From contig OY970343.1 of NCBI GenBank assembly GCA_963717525.1, forward strand, positions 800,001-864,000: a DNA stretch of 64,000 nucleotides, given 5' to 3'. A program made the position numbers and the translations under genes. This DNA comes from an uncultured Methanoregulaceae archaeon. Its GTDB lineage: Archaea; Halobacteriota; Methanomicrobia; Methanomicrobiales; Methanospirillaceae. Positions 11,647 to 22,334 of this stretch are shown here, piece by piece; within the stretch, counting starts at the first letter, position 1, and each line of letters begins with the position of its first letter. The notes below the pieces were generated by a model, which did no database searches, was not told the origin of the DNA, and saw nothing but the letters and a program-made list of their open reading frames with translations.

Positions 11647-12474
11647 TTACGATCGTTTTATTCTGACTGCCAACAGCATGCCAATCGCCAGTGCCCCGAT
11701 AACCACCATTGCCGGCAGGGGCGACCTGGTAGGAATTGGCGTAGGAATTGAGGTATAGGTTACCATTTTTGTGGTGCTGACCACGAGAGGGGTCGGTGTA
11801 GGGATCGTTGTTGCTGTAGTCGGGGCAACAACGTGGAATACAACCGAGGTGATGGCGCCGTTTGCATCGGAAAACTTGACCGTATAATCGTCAGGCTGGG
11901 TTACAGCCACAATTTGCCTAAAATCGCCGTCACCGGTCTGGATATTAGGGGTTGTTCCAATATACAGGGGGCCGAAGACCTGTCCAGCGGATGCACCATT
12001 GACCGAAATTTGGATGCCACTATTTCCCCCGTTCTTGAGGGAGCCGGCAATCACGAGCGCATCGGCAAGGTTCTGGGTAGTCGGGGAGGTGATGGTCAGG
12101 TCACCAGAGCGATCGGTCATAGTGATGAGCTGCGTGGTCACAGAATCTGATCCAATGGCAGCTACACCATTCCATGCGATCTCCACATCGTACTGGCCGC
12201 CCTTGAGCCCGGTCGTGTCGAAGAGCGCGTACTGGGTGAGCTGGTTTGGCTGGATGGTCATTGGCTGGCTGGAGATCAGTGTCGCCGTGTACTGTTTCTG
12301 GTAAAAGTTCAGGTTAAAACTGGTTCCGGCAGGAAAATTGGAATCAATGGAGCATTTGATGGTCTGGCCGACCGGGATGGTAAGCGGAGAGCAGTTCAGG
12401 TTTATGTTATAGGCTGATGCTGATCCCACCAGGGCCAGCAAGAGCAGGATAAAGATACACAGAAACTTTTTCAT
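11647..12474 (-). CDS. Secreted/cell-surface protein with Thr/Pro linker and C-terminal membrane anchor
   Basis: Signal peptide MKKFLCIFILLLLALVGSASA; T/P-rich tail, TM helix and basic end. Confidence 0.8.
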   Translation of the reverse strand: MKKFLCIFILLLLALVGSASAYNINLNCSPLTIPVGQTIKCSIDSNFPAGTSFNLNFYQKQYTATLISSQPMTIQPNQLTQYALFDTTGLKGGQYDVEIAWNGVAAIGSDSVTTQLITMTDRSGDLTITSPTTQNLADALVIAGSLKNGGNSGIQISVNGASAGQVFGPLYIGTTPNIQTGDGDFRQIVAVTQPDDYTVKFSDANGAITSVVFHVVAPTTATTIPTPTPLVVSTTKMVTYTSIPTPIPTRSPLPAMVVIGALAIGMLLAVRIKRS

Positions 12475-12558
12475 GCCTAGTTGGTCGAATCGCCGGCATT
12501 AAAAAGGTTCCCCAATGGTGCCCGGAGGGACGTTTGCATTTATCCCGGAAGGGGAGGA

Positions 12559-13167
12559 TCAGATAAGGTCGATAAAATTTTTGAGCAGCGCAAGACCGAC
12601 CGCCCCGCTCTTTTCCGGGTGGAACTGGACGCCGTACACGTTGTCGCGGACTATTGCCGAGGCAAAGGGAAGGATGTACTCCGTGGAGGTGAGCGTGTAC
12701 TCCGGGGTAGTATCGGCATAGTAGGAATGGACGAAGTATACATACGCTTCCCTGGGGAGACCGGCAAAAAGCGGGCTTTTCTCTTTTGTGAGCCTGATTG
12801 TGTTCCAGCCCATGTGCGGGACCTTGATGCCGGGGACCACAGGAAACCGGCGCACGCAGCCCGGGATGAGGCCAAGACCCTGGTGCAGACCGTGTTCCTC
12901 GCTTGAGTCCATGAGCATCTGCATACCAAGGCAGATGCCAAGGAGCGGGACATCTTTTACCGCAGCACAGACCGTCTCCCTGAGGGGGCCCAGCTGGTCC
13001 ATGCCCTCGTGGAAGGCGCCAACACCCGGGAGCACGATGCCATCGGCAGCCGCGATCTCGTCTGCATTGCCGGTAATGACCGCCCTCGCCCCGGCTGCCT
13101 CGATCCCGCGCATGACGCTGCGCAGGTTTCCGAGACCGTAATCAATGATGGTGATTGTCGTTCCCAT
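12559..13167 (-). CDS. hisH: Imidazole glycerol phosphate synthase glutaminase subunit
   Basis: IIDYGLGN, PGVGAF, GICLGMQ, PHMGWN and QFHPEKS motifs; start at 13167. Confidence 0.97.
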   Translation of the reverse strand: MGTTITIIDYGLGNLRSVMRGIEAAGARAVITGNADEIAAADGIVLPGVGAFHEGMDQLGPLRETVCAAVKDVPLLGICLGMQMLMDSSEEHGLHQGLGLIPGCVRRFPVVPGIKVPHMGWNTIRLTKEKSPLFAGLPREAYVYFVHSYYADTTPEYTLTSTEYILPFASAIVRDNVYGVQFHPEKSGAVGLALLKNFIDLI

Positions 13168-14557
13168 GTACGTCCTCCCGGATCCTCCATGCCCCGCTTT
13201 CGATCCAGTCTGCGGGGAGATCCTGCGTCCTGCGCCATGCTTCGAGGTGTTCCTTCCACCCCTCCCAGAGGCCGGCAAAATCGGTCTCGATCATGTGGAT
13301 CAATGCCATATCACTGGACGGGCACATGAAACATCCGATCCGATCCAGCCGGTGTTCGTAGAGCCGGTTGTAAGGAGCATGCTCCATAAAAAGGTAGAGC
13401 CAGACGTGAAGCGCAGTCCAGTCCTGGATCGGGGCCGCAGAAAGCTGCACCTTTACCGTCGGGTTTCTCCACACACGATCGCTCCCTGCCCGCGAGAGGG
13501 ATTCGTACCGGCGCTGGCCGATAAAAGAGAGGCACTCCCCCCAAGTCGTGCGGATCGTCTCTGTGACCGGCAGGAGCTTGCAGACGCTGCAGCACCAGCG
13601 GGCGTTGACAGCCGGCGGGCCCTGCCGGGCAAGGGTCGTCCAGAATTTTTCAGATGTGGCAGTCCGGATGACCTCTGCCTGGTACTTCTGCTCCACCTCT
13701 GCCACATTCGCGTAGGTCTCCGGGAACTCGAGGCCGGTGTCGGCAAAGAGCAGCGGGACGTTCCCGAGGGCCTTGCGTACGACCAGCAGGGTGGCAAGGC
13801 TGTCTTTTCCCCCGGAGTACGAGATCGTTGGCTGGAGCAAGTACGCGGCGGCGACGTCCTTTACAAACCGTACCTGCCTCACCTTCGGTACTGTGCGATG
13901 ATACCGGCATTGGACCGGACGGCATCCTCCCATGTGGCCTTCCCGGGCACGATGGTCGAGGCAACATTCCTGCGGTTGCGTACAACCTGTCCCTTCTGCA
14001 GTGCCCGGGCCTCTTCTGCCCCGGCCTTTGCCCTGCCGACGCCGATGCATTCCCTCTTCTTGGCAAGGATGAAGACCTCGTCACCTTTCCGGACCGCATC
14101 GTCAATAAAATCGAGTCCGGGCCTGAGCACACTCATGCCCTGGTCGCGGATGAAGGGCACCGCGGTATCATCGACCACGACGAAGCGTTTTTCCGGCCGG
14201 AAAAGGGCACACGCTTCGGGGCGCGGGATCGGTTCCCACCTGCGTTCTTTGGGGATGTACCGGATGGAGCCGGCGATCCCCCCGCCGATCACGATCTCTT
14301 CCATCCGGTCGGTGTCCGGGTACCTTGTTTAACAGGACGAGATGGCCGGCGGGAACGAGCGGTGCGCCAAAGTGCTCACAAAAGATACTGTTGACAAGCG
14401 TAATATCGGCCGGAAAGGCCGGCCGTGCATCGCCCGGTGGCGTGAGCGGCACCTCGCGGGTTGCCGAACCACAGGAAGCACAGGTCTTTGCAAGGACCGG
14501 TGTGTGACACTGGTCGCACCAGCGCAGCAGGATCCTGCCAAGATAGGGGGGGCGCAT
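13142..14557 (-). CDS. PAPS-reductase-family protein with N-terminal Zn ribbon and PUA domain; three apparent frameshifts (about 14318, 13887, 13874)
   Basis: WCDQC...CASC, PPGDARPAF, a PUA segment (SVLRPG), SYSGGKDS, WCCSVCK and RIGCFMCP, across three ORFs. Confidence 0.85.
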
Positions 14558-14757
14558 TCCCACATCTGTTCGCGCTTGTGGGATAAAATGATAAGCGCTG
14601 TCTCTTCCCGGTCAGGAAAAATTCTCTATCTTCCGGTAACGGCGGATGGTTTGGATAATATCGACAGGTTTGATATGTACGTCTTACCATTATGAGACTG
14701 TGACAGCCGACTGTTCAGGCACCGGGCGTGCCGGAGGTTTTTGGGAGGCGATCGAAG

Positions 14758-15021
14758 ATGATTCTTGATATCTGGCTCTTTACAGCAGTCGGTTTTTTTA
14801 TTCTCACCTTCTGCGCTGTCCTGCGTATTGTTCCCGGCCCCACACTGAATGATCGCCTGATCGCGGTCAATGTCGCAGCCACCCTTGCATGTGCAGGGGC
14901 GCTCGCCCTGACTGTGGCCATGGGCAGCCTGCTCGTGGCGCTGGTCGCCGGCCTGACCGCATGCGTCGTGTTTGCGGCGACGATCAGAATCTCCCAGGTA
15001 CGGAAGGGTGCGGCGTCATGA
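14758..15021 (+). CDS. MnhF/MrpF-like small membrane protein
   Basis: LRIVPGPTLNDRLIA matches the MrpF GPT..DR signature; three TM segments. Confidence 0.7.
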   Translation: MILDIWLFTAVGFFILTFCAVLRIVPGPTLNDRLIAVNVAATLACAGALALTVAMGSLLVALVAGLTACVVFAATIRISQVRKGAAS

Positions 15022-15371
15022 GCGCATGGTTGCTTGATGGGCTCATTACCGTCCTGCTCGTCCTTGCGGTCGGCTTTGGGGCCATCAGCGTCATCGGCCT
15101 GCTCCTCTTCCCGGATATCCGGAGCCGGTCCTTTACCGGCCTGCGGGCCGGCATTCTTGCGACTGCCCTTGTGACCGGTGCCGGTGTTTGTTATGGCATC
15201 TTTTCGTGGATCACCTTTGGTGGCAGGCAGGTGCAGTACCTGCAGTATACGCTCGTGGCGATCCTGATGCTTCTCCTGGTAGTGCTCCTCAACCGGGTCG
15301 CAACTCGTGTCCTGTGCCATTCGTCCGTGCCGGTACAGCCCCCTTCTACGGGTGAAAAAGACCAGTCATAA
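15018..15371 (+). CDS. MnhG/MrpG-like membrane protein
   Basis: IGLLLFPDIRSR resembles the MrpG G.LRFPD...R motif; ATGA overlap with the mnhF-like gene. Confidence 0.6.
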   Translation: MSAWLLDGLITVLLVLAVGFGAISVIGLLLFPDIRSRSFTGLRAGILATALVTGAGVCYGIFSWITFGGRQVQYLQYTLVAILMLLLVVLLNRVATRVLCHSSVPVQPPSTGEKDQS

Positions 15372-15461
15372 CCTCTTTTCCGCGGTGTTCCGGGTAATCC
15401 CGGGCGGCTCTTTTGTTCGTTAAACCGGGCAGGAGAGGGTTCCGGAAACCTGATGTACCGT

Positions 15462-15813
15462 TCAGCAGGCCTTTTCTTCCGGGAGTGTTTCATCTGCTTC
15501 CGGTTCCATGAAACAGAGCACAGCCGCAATTCCGAGGAGAATAACTGCCGGCAGGTACCAGGTTATCAGGTACAATGTTCCGGCAAGCGGGACCGACAGC
15601 AGGATCCAGACCGCGGATGAGAGCAGCATCCACCCTGCAAACCGGGTCTCAGAGTTTGCAATCGCTGCCCCCATCAGGCCGAGGCTGGAAAAAAGGGCGG
15701 CCTGGACTCCTGAGAGGGTCATATCGGAGGAAGTCTGAGGTAAAAATAACATATGCTGCGGTGGCAATACCGAGAATACCTCCGATCACGCCCACGATAA
15801 ACTGTCTCTTCAT
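15462..15813 (-). CDS. Small multi-TM hypothetical protein; apparent frameshift at about 15734
   Basis: MKRQFIVGVIGGILGIATAAYVIFTS joins SSDMTLSGVQAALFSSLGL... after removing one base. Confidence 0.6.
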
Positions 15814-16161
15814 CACTACACGATAGGACAACAAACGCTCTTAAAGATTGCTTTTTTTATCTTCCGGTATATAATAGACCGGGCCGGATGAAGGCGCGGG
15901 GGGCGTTTTTTGGGAAATGTCTGGTAAAACAGCGTTCCCGCTCACAATCCGGAGGATTTTCAGAGAATAATTGTCCGCTCTATTGGGCCTCTTTTGGCAA
16001 TCCGGGTGAAATTATAAGGATTGCGCAATTTCCTCCCAATCGTTCCTAAATCGGTCCTGTTCCGGAGTCTCCCATTTTTCGCAGGATAAAAGTGTGATTC
16101 AGTGCGATTCTATGGGCGAAACCATAATTTTGACCAAAATATTTATCTATTCGTAGAATAA

Positions 16162-16192
16162 TGAAAATTATAACCCTTTCCGGTGGGAGGTG
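16162..16192 (+). promoter_or_regulatory. BRE/TATA (GAAAATTATAA) and Shine-Dalgarno (GGAGGTG) upstream of the 27-aa basic peptide gene
   Basis: Read directly; spacing to the ATG at 16201 fits an archaeal promoter and RBS. Confidence 0.6.
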
Positions 16193-16200
16193 GAATGTAA

Positions 16201-16284
16201 ATGGTTGCAGCAAAGAAACCGGCCGCAAAGAAGGCCCCAGCAAAAAAACCCGCCGTAAAGAAGGCAGCCCCGAAGAAGAAGTAA
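16201..16284 (+). CDS. 27-aa Lys/Ala/Pro-rich histone-H1-like peptide MVAAKKPAAKKAPAKKPAVKKAAPKKK
   Basis: Manual translation, below the ORF-track cutoff. Strong RBS and TATA upstream, T-tract downstream. Codons vary across the repeats, suggesting selection at protein level. Confidence 0.8.
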   Translation: MVAAKKPAAKKAPAKKPAVKKAAPKKK

Positions 16285-16302
16285 TTATCGGGCATAATTA
16301 AT

Positions 16303-16319
16303 GTTTTCTCTCTTTTTTT
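16303..16319 (+). terminator. Oligo-T archaeal terminator-like tract
   Basis: TTTTCTCTCTTTTTTT about 20 nt after the peptide stop codon. Confidence 0.5.
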
Positions 16320-16445
16320 GAATTACCCTGTCCTGAAGATATAATGACTGATAATGGTCACCGTTTGCAGCAATCCTTCCCGGTAACCGATACCGGGCAT
16401 GGGAACATGAATACCCCGGTACCACGGTAATGGATCACGCTGGCC

Positions 16446-17108
16446 TTACTCCGGCCACGTAATGACCTCTTCCACCGATGGCCTGATCGAGGGAGACAAC
16501 GGTTCTGCAGGATATCCCGTGGCGCACCCCATGAGCGCCCATCGCCCGGGTTCAAGCCCGAGGATCCGGCAGAACTGCTCGTTCACTGCCATCTGTGCCG
16601 TGACAGAGACAAGCTGGAAGCCGAGGCCGAGTGCCGTCGCTTTCAGCCACATGTTCTCCATGCAGTGCGCAAGGGACTGCTGTTCTACGGGAGGAAATCC
16701 CTTTTTCTCCGCGACAACGATATAAAACGGGGCAGTGCCGATACCGGGTACCATGCCCATGTTTCTGATCATCGCAAGCCGGTTTATGAACCCGGCTGCC
16801 TTGCTCCGTAGGCCGGCATTATGTGATGTTTCCCGTACCAGAGCACTGGCCATTGCGACAACCTCTTCAAAGACCAGCGGGATCAGCGCTTTCATGGCCT
16901 TTGACTCCTTCCGGACCACCACAAACCTCCTGAAATAATCGGTCGAATTCCCGATTGCCGATGCCGCAAATGGAGCATGGAGACCGGCGTGAACGATGCT
17001 CTCGATCATCTCATCCGTGGGGATATCTGCTGTAAACTTCCGGTGGGAGCGGCGTTCCCCAATAATCCTGTCCAGGATCGCGTTGTCCTGATCGGTTTTT
17101 GCAGTCAT
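16446..17108 (-). CDS. Nitroreductase family protein
   Basis: ERRSHRKF, HAPFA and ENMWLKATALGLG motifs. Confidence 0.9.
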   Translation of the reverse strand: MTAKTDQDNAILDRIIGERRSHRKFTADIPTDEMIESIVHAGLHAPFAASAIGNSTDYFRRFVVVRKESKAMKALIPLVFEEVVAMASALVRETSHNAGLRSKAAGFINRLAMIRNMGMVPGIGTAPFYIVVAEKKGFPPVEQQSLAHCMENMWLKATALGLGFQLVSVTAQMAVNEQFCRILGLEPGRWALMGCATGYPAEPLSPSIRPSVEEVITWPE

Positions 17109-17260
17109 GTTCTTTCAGCCTCACATTTCTTGGAGTGCCGGGATATTTCAAGCTCATGTTCTTACGGACCGCAAGAGCGGGAACGTTTTTTGGAAAGGAA
17201 TTGTTGCCCTGTCATCCATATCCTCACTTTTTATATGCCATCCCCTCAAATCCCTGAATC

Positions 17261-17845
17261 ATGATAGACGCGATTGTCCGGAAAGTTAAGGATCTCCTCA
17301 CAAACCCTCTGGAGACTTTCAGGAAATCACGGGAGGATGAAATGACCCCCGTCGTCAGGTATTTCCTCGCTCTCCTGGTTGTCGACGCGGTCCTGACCGC
17401 AATTATATCCCTCGCCGGTTTTGGCATATGGGGCATGGTGGGCAGGGTCACGCATATCCACCACCCGATACTGATCTTTCTCCTTGTGCTTATCGGCGGT
17501 CTTATCCTTGCCCCTATCTTTGCCGCATGGCTGCACCTCTGGGTCTGGATTGTCGGCGGGCGCAAGGGGTTTTCTCAGACCCTCAAAGCCGTTATGTACG
17601 GCGCAACACCCGGTTTGCTCCTTGGCTGGATCCCCATTATCGGTATCCTGTTCCACCTCTGGGCAATGGTCCTTGCCATCTTCGGGATCCACGAACTGCA
17701 CGAGATTGACGGTGGCAGGGCAGCCTTTGCCGTGATCATTGCAGTCATCATCCCGCTCGTTATTCTCGTCCTGATTGCAGCATGGCTTCTCGTTGGCAGC
17801 GTGGCCACGACCATGCCTGTGGCAAGGACGGGACTCCTCTCATAA
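17261..17845 (+). CDS. Yip1-family membrane protein
   Basis: LLTNPLETF, GGRKGFSQTLKAVMYGATP and GIHELH; about five TM segments. Confidence 0.85.
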   Translation: MIDAIVRKVKDLLTNPLETFRKSREDEMTPVVRYFLALLVVDAVLTAIISLAGFGIWGMVGRVTHIHHPILIFLLVLIGGLILAPIFAAWLHLWVWIVGGRKGFSQTLKAVMYGATPGLLLGWIPIIGILFHLWAMVLAIFGIHELHEIDGGRAAFAVIIAVIIPLVILVLIAAWLLVGSVATTMPVARTGLLS

Positions 17846-17991
17846 CTTTTCTGATAGCCCGGATTGAAGAGCAGCATCCGGCCGGCTTCCCGGCATGATA
17901 CCGGTACGGATAGGAGATCTTCCGCCTCACAAATTATATCCCCGTCAGGAACGCACCAGAAACTGATACCATCAGTACTATCGGTGACAGG

Positions 17992-20452
17992 ATGCCGGAA
18001 GAACGAGATGCTGCTACAGGGACACCCGCCGGGTACGAGGCCATGGGAACCGGAGAACTGATCGCCTCGTTATCAGCGGACACAAAGAACGGGTTGTCTG
18101 CAGCTGAGCACAAACGCCGGGTCGCAGCATACGGGTACAATGAAGTCCAAGAAAAAAAGGCCAACCCGTACCTGGGTTTCGTAAAAAAATTCTCCGGTCC
18201 CACCGCGTGGATGCTCGAGGCGGTCATTGTCCTCTCCCTTATCCTTGGGAATTATGCTGACGTGTACGTTATCGTGGCGCTCCTCTTCCTCAACGCTGTT
18301 CTTGGTTTTTTCCAGGAGCAGAAGGCGTCGGTTGCTGTCGATGCACTGAAGCAGAGGCTGCGGGTGAATGCACGTACCCTGCGGGACGGGACCTGGCAGA
18401 TACTCCCGGCACGGGATCTTGTCCCCGGCGATATAGTACGGATCCGGGCCGGTGACTTCGTCCCGGCCGATGTAAAGGTACTCGACGGGAGTCTTGCTGT
18501 AGACCAGTCGGCCCTGACCGGTGAATCACTCACGGTTGAGAAAGCAGCGGGCGGGATGCTTTATTCGGGCTCCATCATCAGGTCCGGGGAAGCGACCGGG
18601 CTTGTTGTCCTCACCGGGGCCCGGACCTATTTTGGGAAGACGACCGAACTGGTGCAATTTGCGCGCCCGAGGCTCCAGGCCGAGGAGTTAGTCTCGCAGG
18701 TGGTGAAATGGCTCTTGGTGATCGTCGGCCTAGCGCTCGCTGCCGCCTTTGCTGTCGCCGCATTGGCCGGCATGCGTATGCTTGATGTTCTCTCCCTCGC
18801 GCTCGCGCTCCTTGCCTCCTCCATCCCGGTTGCGCTGCCCGCGATGTTTACGATAACGATGGCTCTGGGGGCCATGGAACTCGCGAAGCGCGGCGTGCTT
18901 GTGACCCGGCTGAGCGCGTCAGAAGATGCGGCCACAATGGATACCCTCTGCACGGACAAGACCGGCACGATCACCACAAACCGGCTCACTGTTGCCGGCA
19001 TTATCCCGGAGGCCGGGTGGAGCGAGGCAGATGTCCTCCTGTACGGGGCACTCGCCTCGGAGGCTGCAAACCATGATCCCATCGATTGCGCGTTCCTTGT
19101 TGCGGCAGAAGACCGGGATATTCCTACCGGGGATTTTGCCCGGCGATCTTTTGTCCCCTTCGATCCTGCAACCCGGAGGACTGAAGCGATCGTGGAGAAG
19201 GCCGGTACGACCAGCCGGGTGGTCAAGGGTGCCATCAGTGCCATCGCGGAGCTTGCCGGGACCGATCCCGCCGGGCTCAGGGAGCAGTCCACCGGGTTTG
19301 CTGCGAAGGGATACCGGACGCTCGCGGTGGCGATGGGCACCGGTGAACAAACACAGCAGGTCATCGGGCTCGTTGCCCTGTACCGACACACCACGGCCGG
19401 ATGCCGGAACACTGATCGGCGAGTTGCAGGACCTCGGGATATCGGTGAAGATGCTGACCGGGGATGCCCTCTCCATTGCGCAGGAGACGGCCCGGCAGGT
19501 CGGCCTTCCGGGAACCATCACGGCCGCTGATGAACTGGAGAAAGCACGGGCAACCGATCCCCATCAGGCCTCTGCGCTGGTCGAGCAAAGCGCTGGGTTT
19601 GCACGGATCTACCCGCAGGACAAATACGAGATCGTCAAAAGCCTGCAGGAGAATGGCCACATCGTCGGCATGACCGGCGATGGTATCAACGATGCACCGT
19701 CTCTCCGGCAGGCAGAAGTGGGGATCGCTGTCAGCAGTGCAACCGATGTGGCAAAAGGTGCAGCAAGCGTGGTCCTGACAAGCGACGGCCTTGCTCATAT
19801 CATCGACCTTGTGCTGGTAGGCAGGATGATGCACCAGCGGATGCTCACCTGGATCTTCAATAAGGTTGTAAAGACCTTCCAGATCGTGGTCTTCGTGGTC
19901 GTGGCGTTCCTTTTGACCGGCCAGTTCATCGTCTCAGTCTTCGGTGTTGTGCTGCTGCTCTTCGTGATCGATTTTGTTACGCTCTCGCTCTCGACCGATA
20001 CTGTGCGGGGGTCGAAAAGACCGGACAGCTGGGATATATCGGGCCTCGTGAAATCTTCGCTTGTCCTTGGTGTCCTCGTCGTTCTCGAATCCCTTGCAAT
20101 TCTCGCGGTAGGCCTCGGGCCGCTCGGCCTTGCCGGCAACCTTGCCGCAATCCAGACGTTCTCGTTTGCGATCCTCTTCTACTTCGGGATGCTCACGGTC
20201 TTTGTGGTCCGGGAGCGGGGGCACTTCTGGGATTCGTTCCCGAGCAGGTCGCTGTTTTGGATCACGCTCGCGGACATGGGTGTTGTGGCCGTGCTTGCCA
20301 CTGTGGGAATTCCCGGGCTTGCAGCGATTCCGCCCATGGATACGCTGATCGTGATCGGTATGTCCGTGGTCTTCTCGTTTGTGATCAACGACTCTGTCAA
20401 GTATGTCATGCTCAGGCGGGGAAGAGAGAAGGCCAAGAAGTCCGGGATCTGA
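17992..20452 (+). CDS. P-type H+-exporting ATPase (type IIIA-like); apparent frameshift at about 19384
   Basis: DQSALTGES, IPVALP, DKTGT, PFDP, KGA, MLTGD and GDGINDAP motifs. IPVALP and GYNE fit P3A. Confidence 0.88.
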
Positions 20453-21133
20453 AACCGGTGCCGGTTGTGTTACCCTTTCCAGTGTCCGGAAATACGCCCG
20501 TAAAACCGTCCGATTGCAACTCTCCAGAATCAGAGCCTATACGTCCCGTTATTTGCCAAAATACGCAAAAATTGAGCCCCATATAATACCCTTTAGCGCC
20601 CCATATTCGCGTTCTGGCGGCATCTTTTTTCCGGATCGTGTAAATGCCAATTTTACATGAGATCGACCAAAATAACCGCATTATTGAGTTCATTTTAATT
20701 TGTCCGATCGGAAAAATAAGGCGTATTTGGGGTTATTTTGAAACGGAGCCCGATTCAGGCTCCTTTTGGAGATGTCAGATGCCAATCGGAGGCTGAATTG
20801 AGCCCGGATCTGGGGTGGGTGATGGCGTACCCCCGACCCTGTTTGGCCAGAGGAAGCTACCCCCTTCCCGAGGAAGATGAGGTTATTCATGGAGCGTTTG
20901 TTCTCCGGGATCTATGATTGACAAACACTATTTTCCCCGCATGCTTACCAAATGTACCACAGAGATTTCGCTGTGATCATTACTGAAGATCCGGGACATA
21001 CATTCCCATGAACAACCCGGATTTCTTTGTGTGGATGGTGCCACAACAAAAAATGTTCCGCACGTACTCTGAACGATTGCCTGCCCATTTACCCTGCTGG
21101 TGCAGGATTGGCAGGTGTACCAAGGTGTGAGAA

Positions 21134-21757
21134 ATGACCCGTTACCTGATTGATATCCGCCAGATGGGGCCGGTAAAGCACCAGATCCGCACGTTAAGCA
21201 ACCACCTAGAAGAGAAATTTAATCTTGGGGACAAACAGGTGATCCCCCATATCACTCTCGCCGGCCCTTTTTCGACTGACGATGAAGAAAAACTCATAGA
21301 AAATTTCACAAAAATATGCAGGAACCAGAAGGAGATCCCGGAATATCAGGTCGGGGGGTATGGATTTTTTGACGACTCGCGGGTGGTTTTTGTTACCATC
21401 ACCCCGGATGAGACCCTGAAACAATTCCGCTACCAGCTGGCGCAGGCACTCTTTCCGTACTGCTCGCTGCGGACCTATGACCTGACATCAGCAGACGAAT
21501 TCAGCTTCCACTCCACGCTCGCCATGAAACTTGACTGGCTCACCTTCCAGAGAATAAAATGGTATTTCAGGAAACAGGAGAGCATCCGGCACCGGCACCA
21601 CCCGATCCGGGCAACACTGCTCCGGAATTCCCGGATCCTCTGCGAGTATGATTTTATCCAGAACCGGATGCTCACCCGGTCACAGGCCCTTCACCGGGCG
21701 ACCCTGATGCGGGACATAGACATTCTGAAGTCGTGGGGCGAGGAAAGCCGGCCGTGA
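21134..21757 (+). CDS. 2H phosphoesterase (2'-5' RNA ligase-like family)
   Basis: Two HxT/S motifs: PHITL and FHSTL. Confidence 0.85.
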   Translation: MTRYLIDIRQMGPVKHQIRTLSNHLEEKFNLGDKQVIPHITLAGPFSTDDEEKLIENFTKICRNQKEIPEYQVGGYGFFDDSRVVFVTITPDETLKQFRYQLAQALFPYCSLRTYDLTSADEFSFHSTLAMKLDWLTFQRIKWYFRKQESIRHRHHPIRATLLRNSRILCEYDFIQNRMLTRSQALHRATLMRDIDILKSWGEESRP

Positions 21758-21820
21758 GTAGTATCCCCAACCGGATCTGCCCGATTGCATTGAGTGTCGA
21801 TCGATACCAAGGTATTTTCT

Positions 21821-21957
21821 TTTTCCTGATCCACCGGAAATTCCCGAAAAAGGAAGGGATACCCCCTACCCCTCTTTGATCTGAGAGGGGGATCACCCGG
21901 GGGATCACCCCTTCCCCTCAATTTTTGATCCGGTTGCGGGCCGGGCGATCAGGAAAA
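21821..21957. repeat. Inverted-repeat-bounded element with an internal tandem 12-mer (MITE-like)
   Basis: TTTTCCTGATC (21821-21831) / GATCAGGAAAA (21947-21957); GGGGGATCACCC twice at 21887-21910. Confidence 0.5.
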
Positions 21958-22334
21958 CAGGGGCAGACGCCCTTTAGCCCGCACGATTGAGAAAACTACT
22001 GCACCTTCCTAAAATAGTTTTGAATTTATTATGCCGACTGATCACTTTTTTTGTGCTGACCAGCGCGATGTCGAAGTGATACCGGAAACCGATGGACGGG
22101 TCGCTCACCCGAAACCTCCCGCAGAGATCATCTATACAGGCTAGCGAGTACCGGCGGCAGATGATAGACGCTTATTTTTATCCGGGAATCATTAATTTTG
22201 TGCTAATTTGGGTGTATTAAGTGAAATAATGAAAACTTAGGGATAATTGGATTTTAACATATTAATTATAAAAAACTATATAATAATAAAAAATCATTAG
22301 GAACATATCGAACCAGAAAAGAAGAGGGGTTCCG

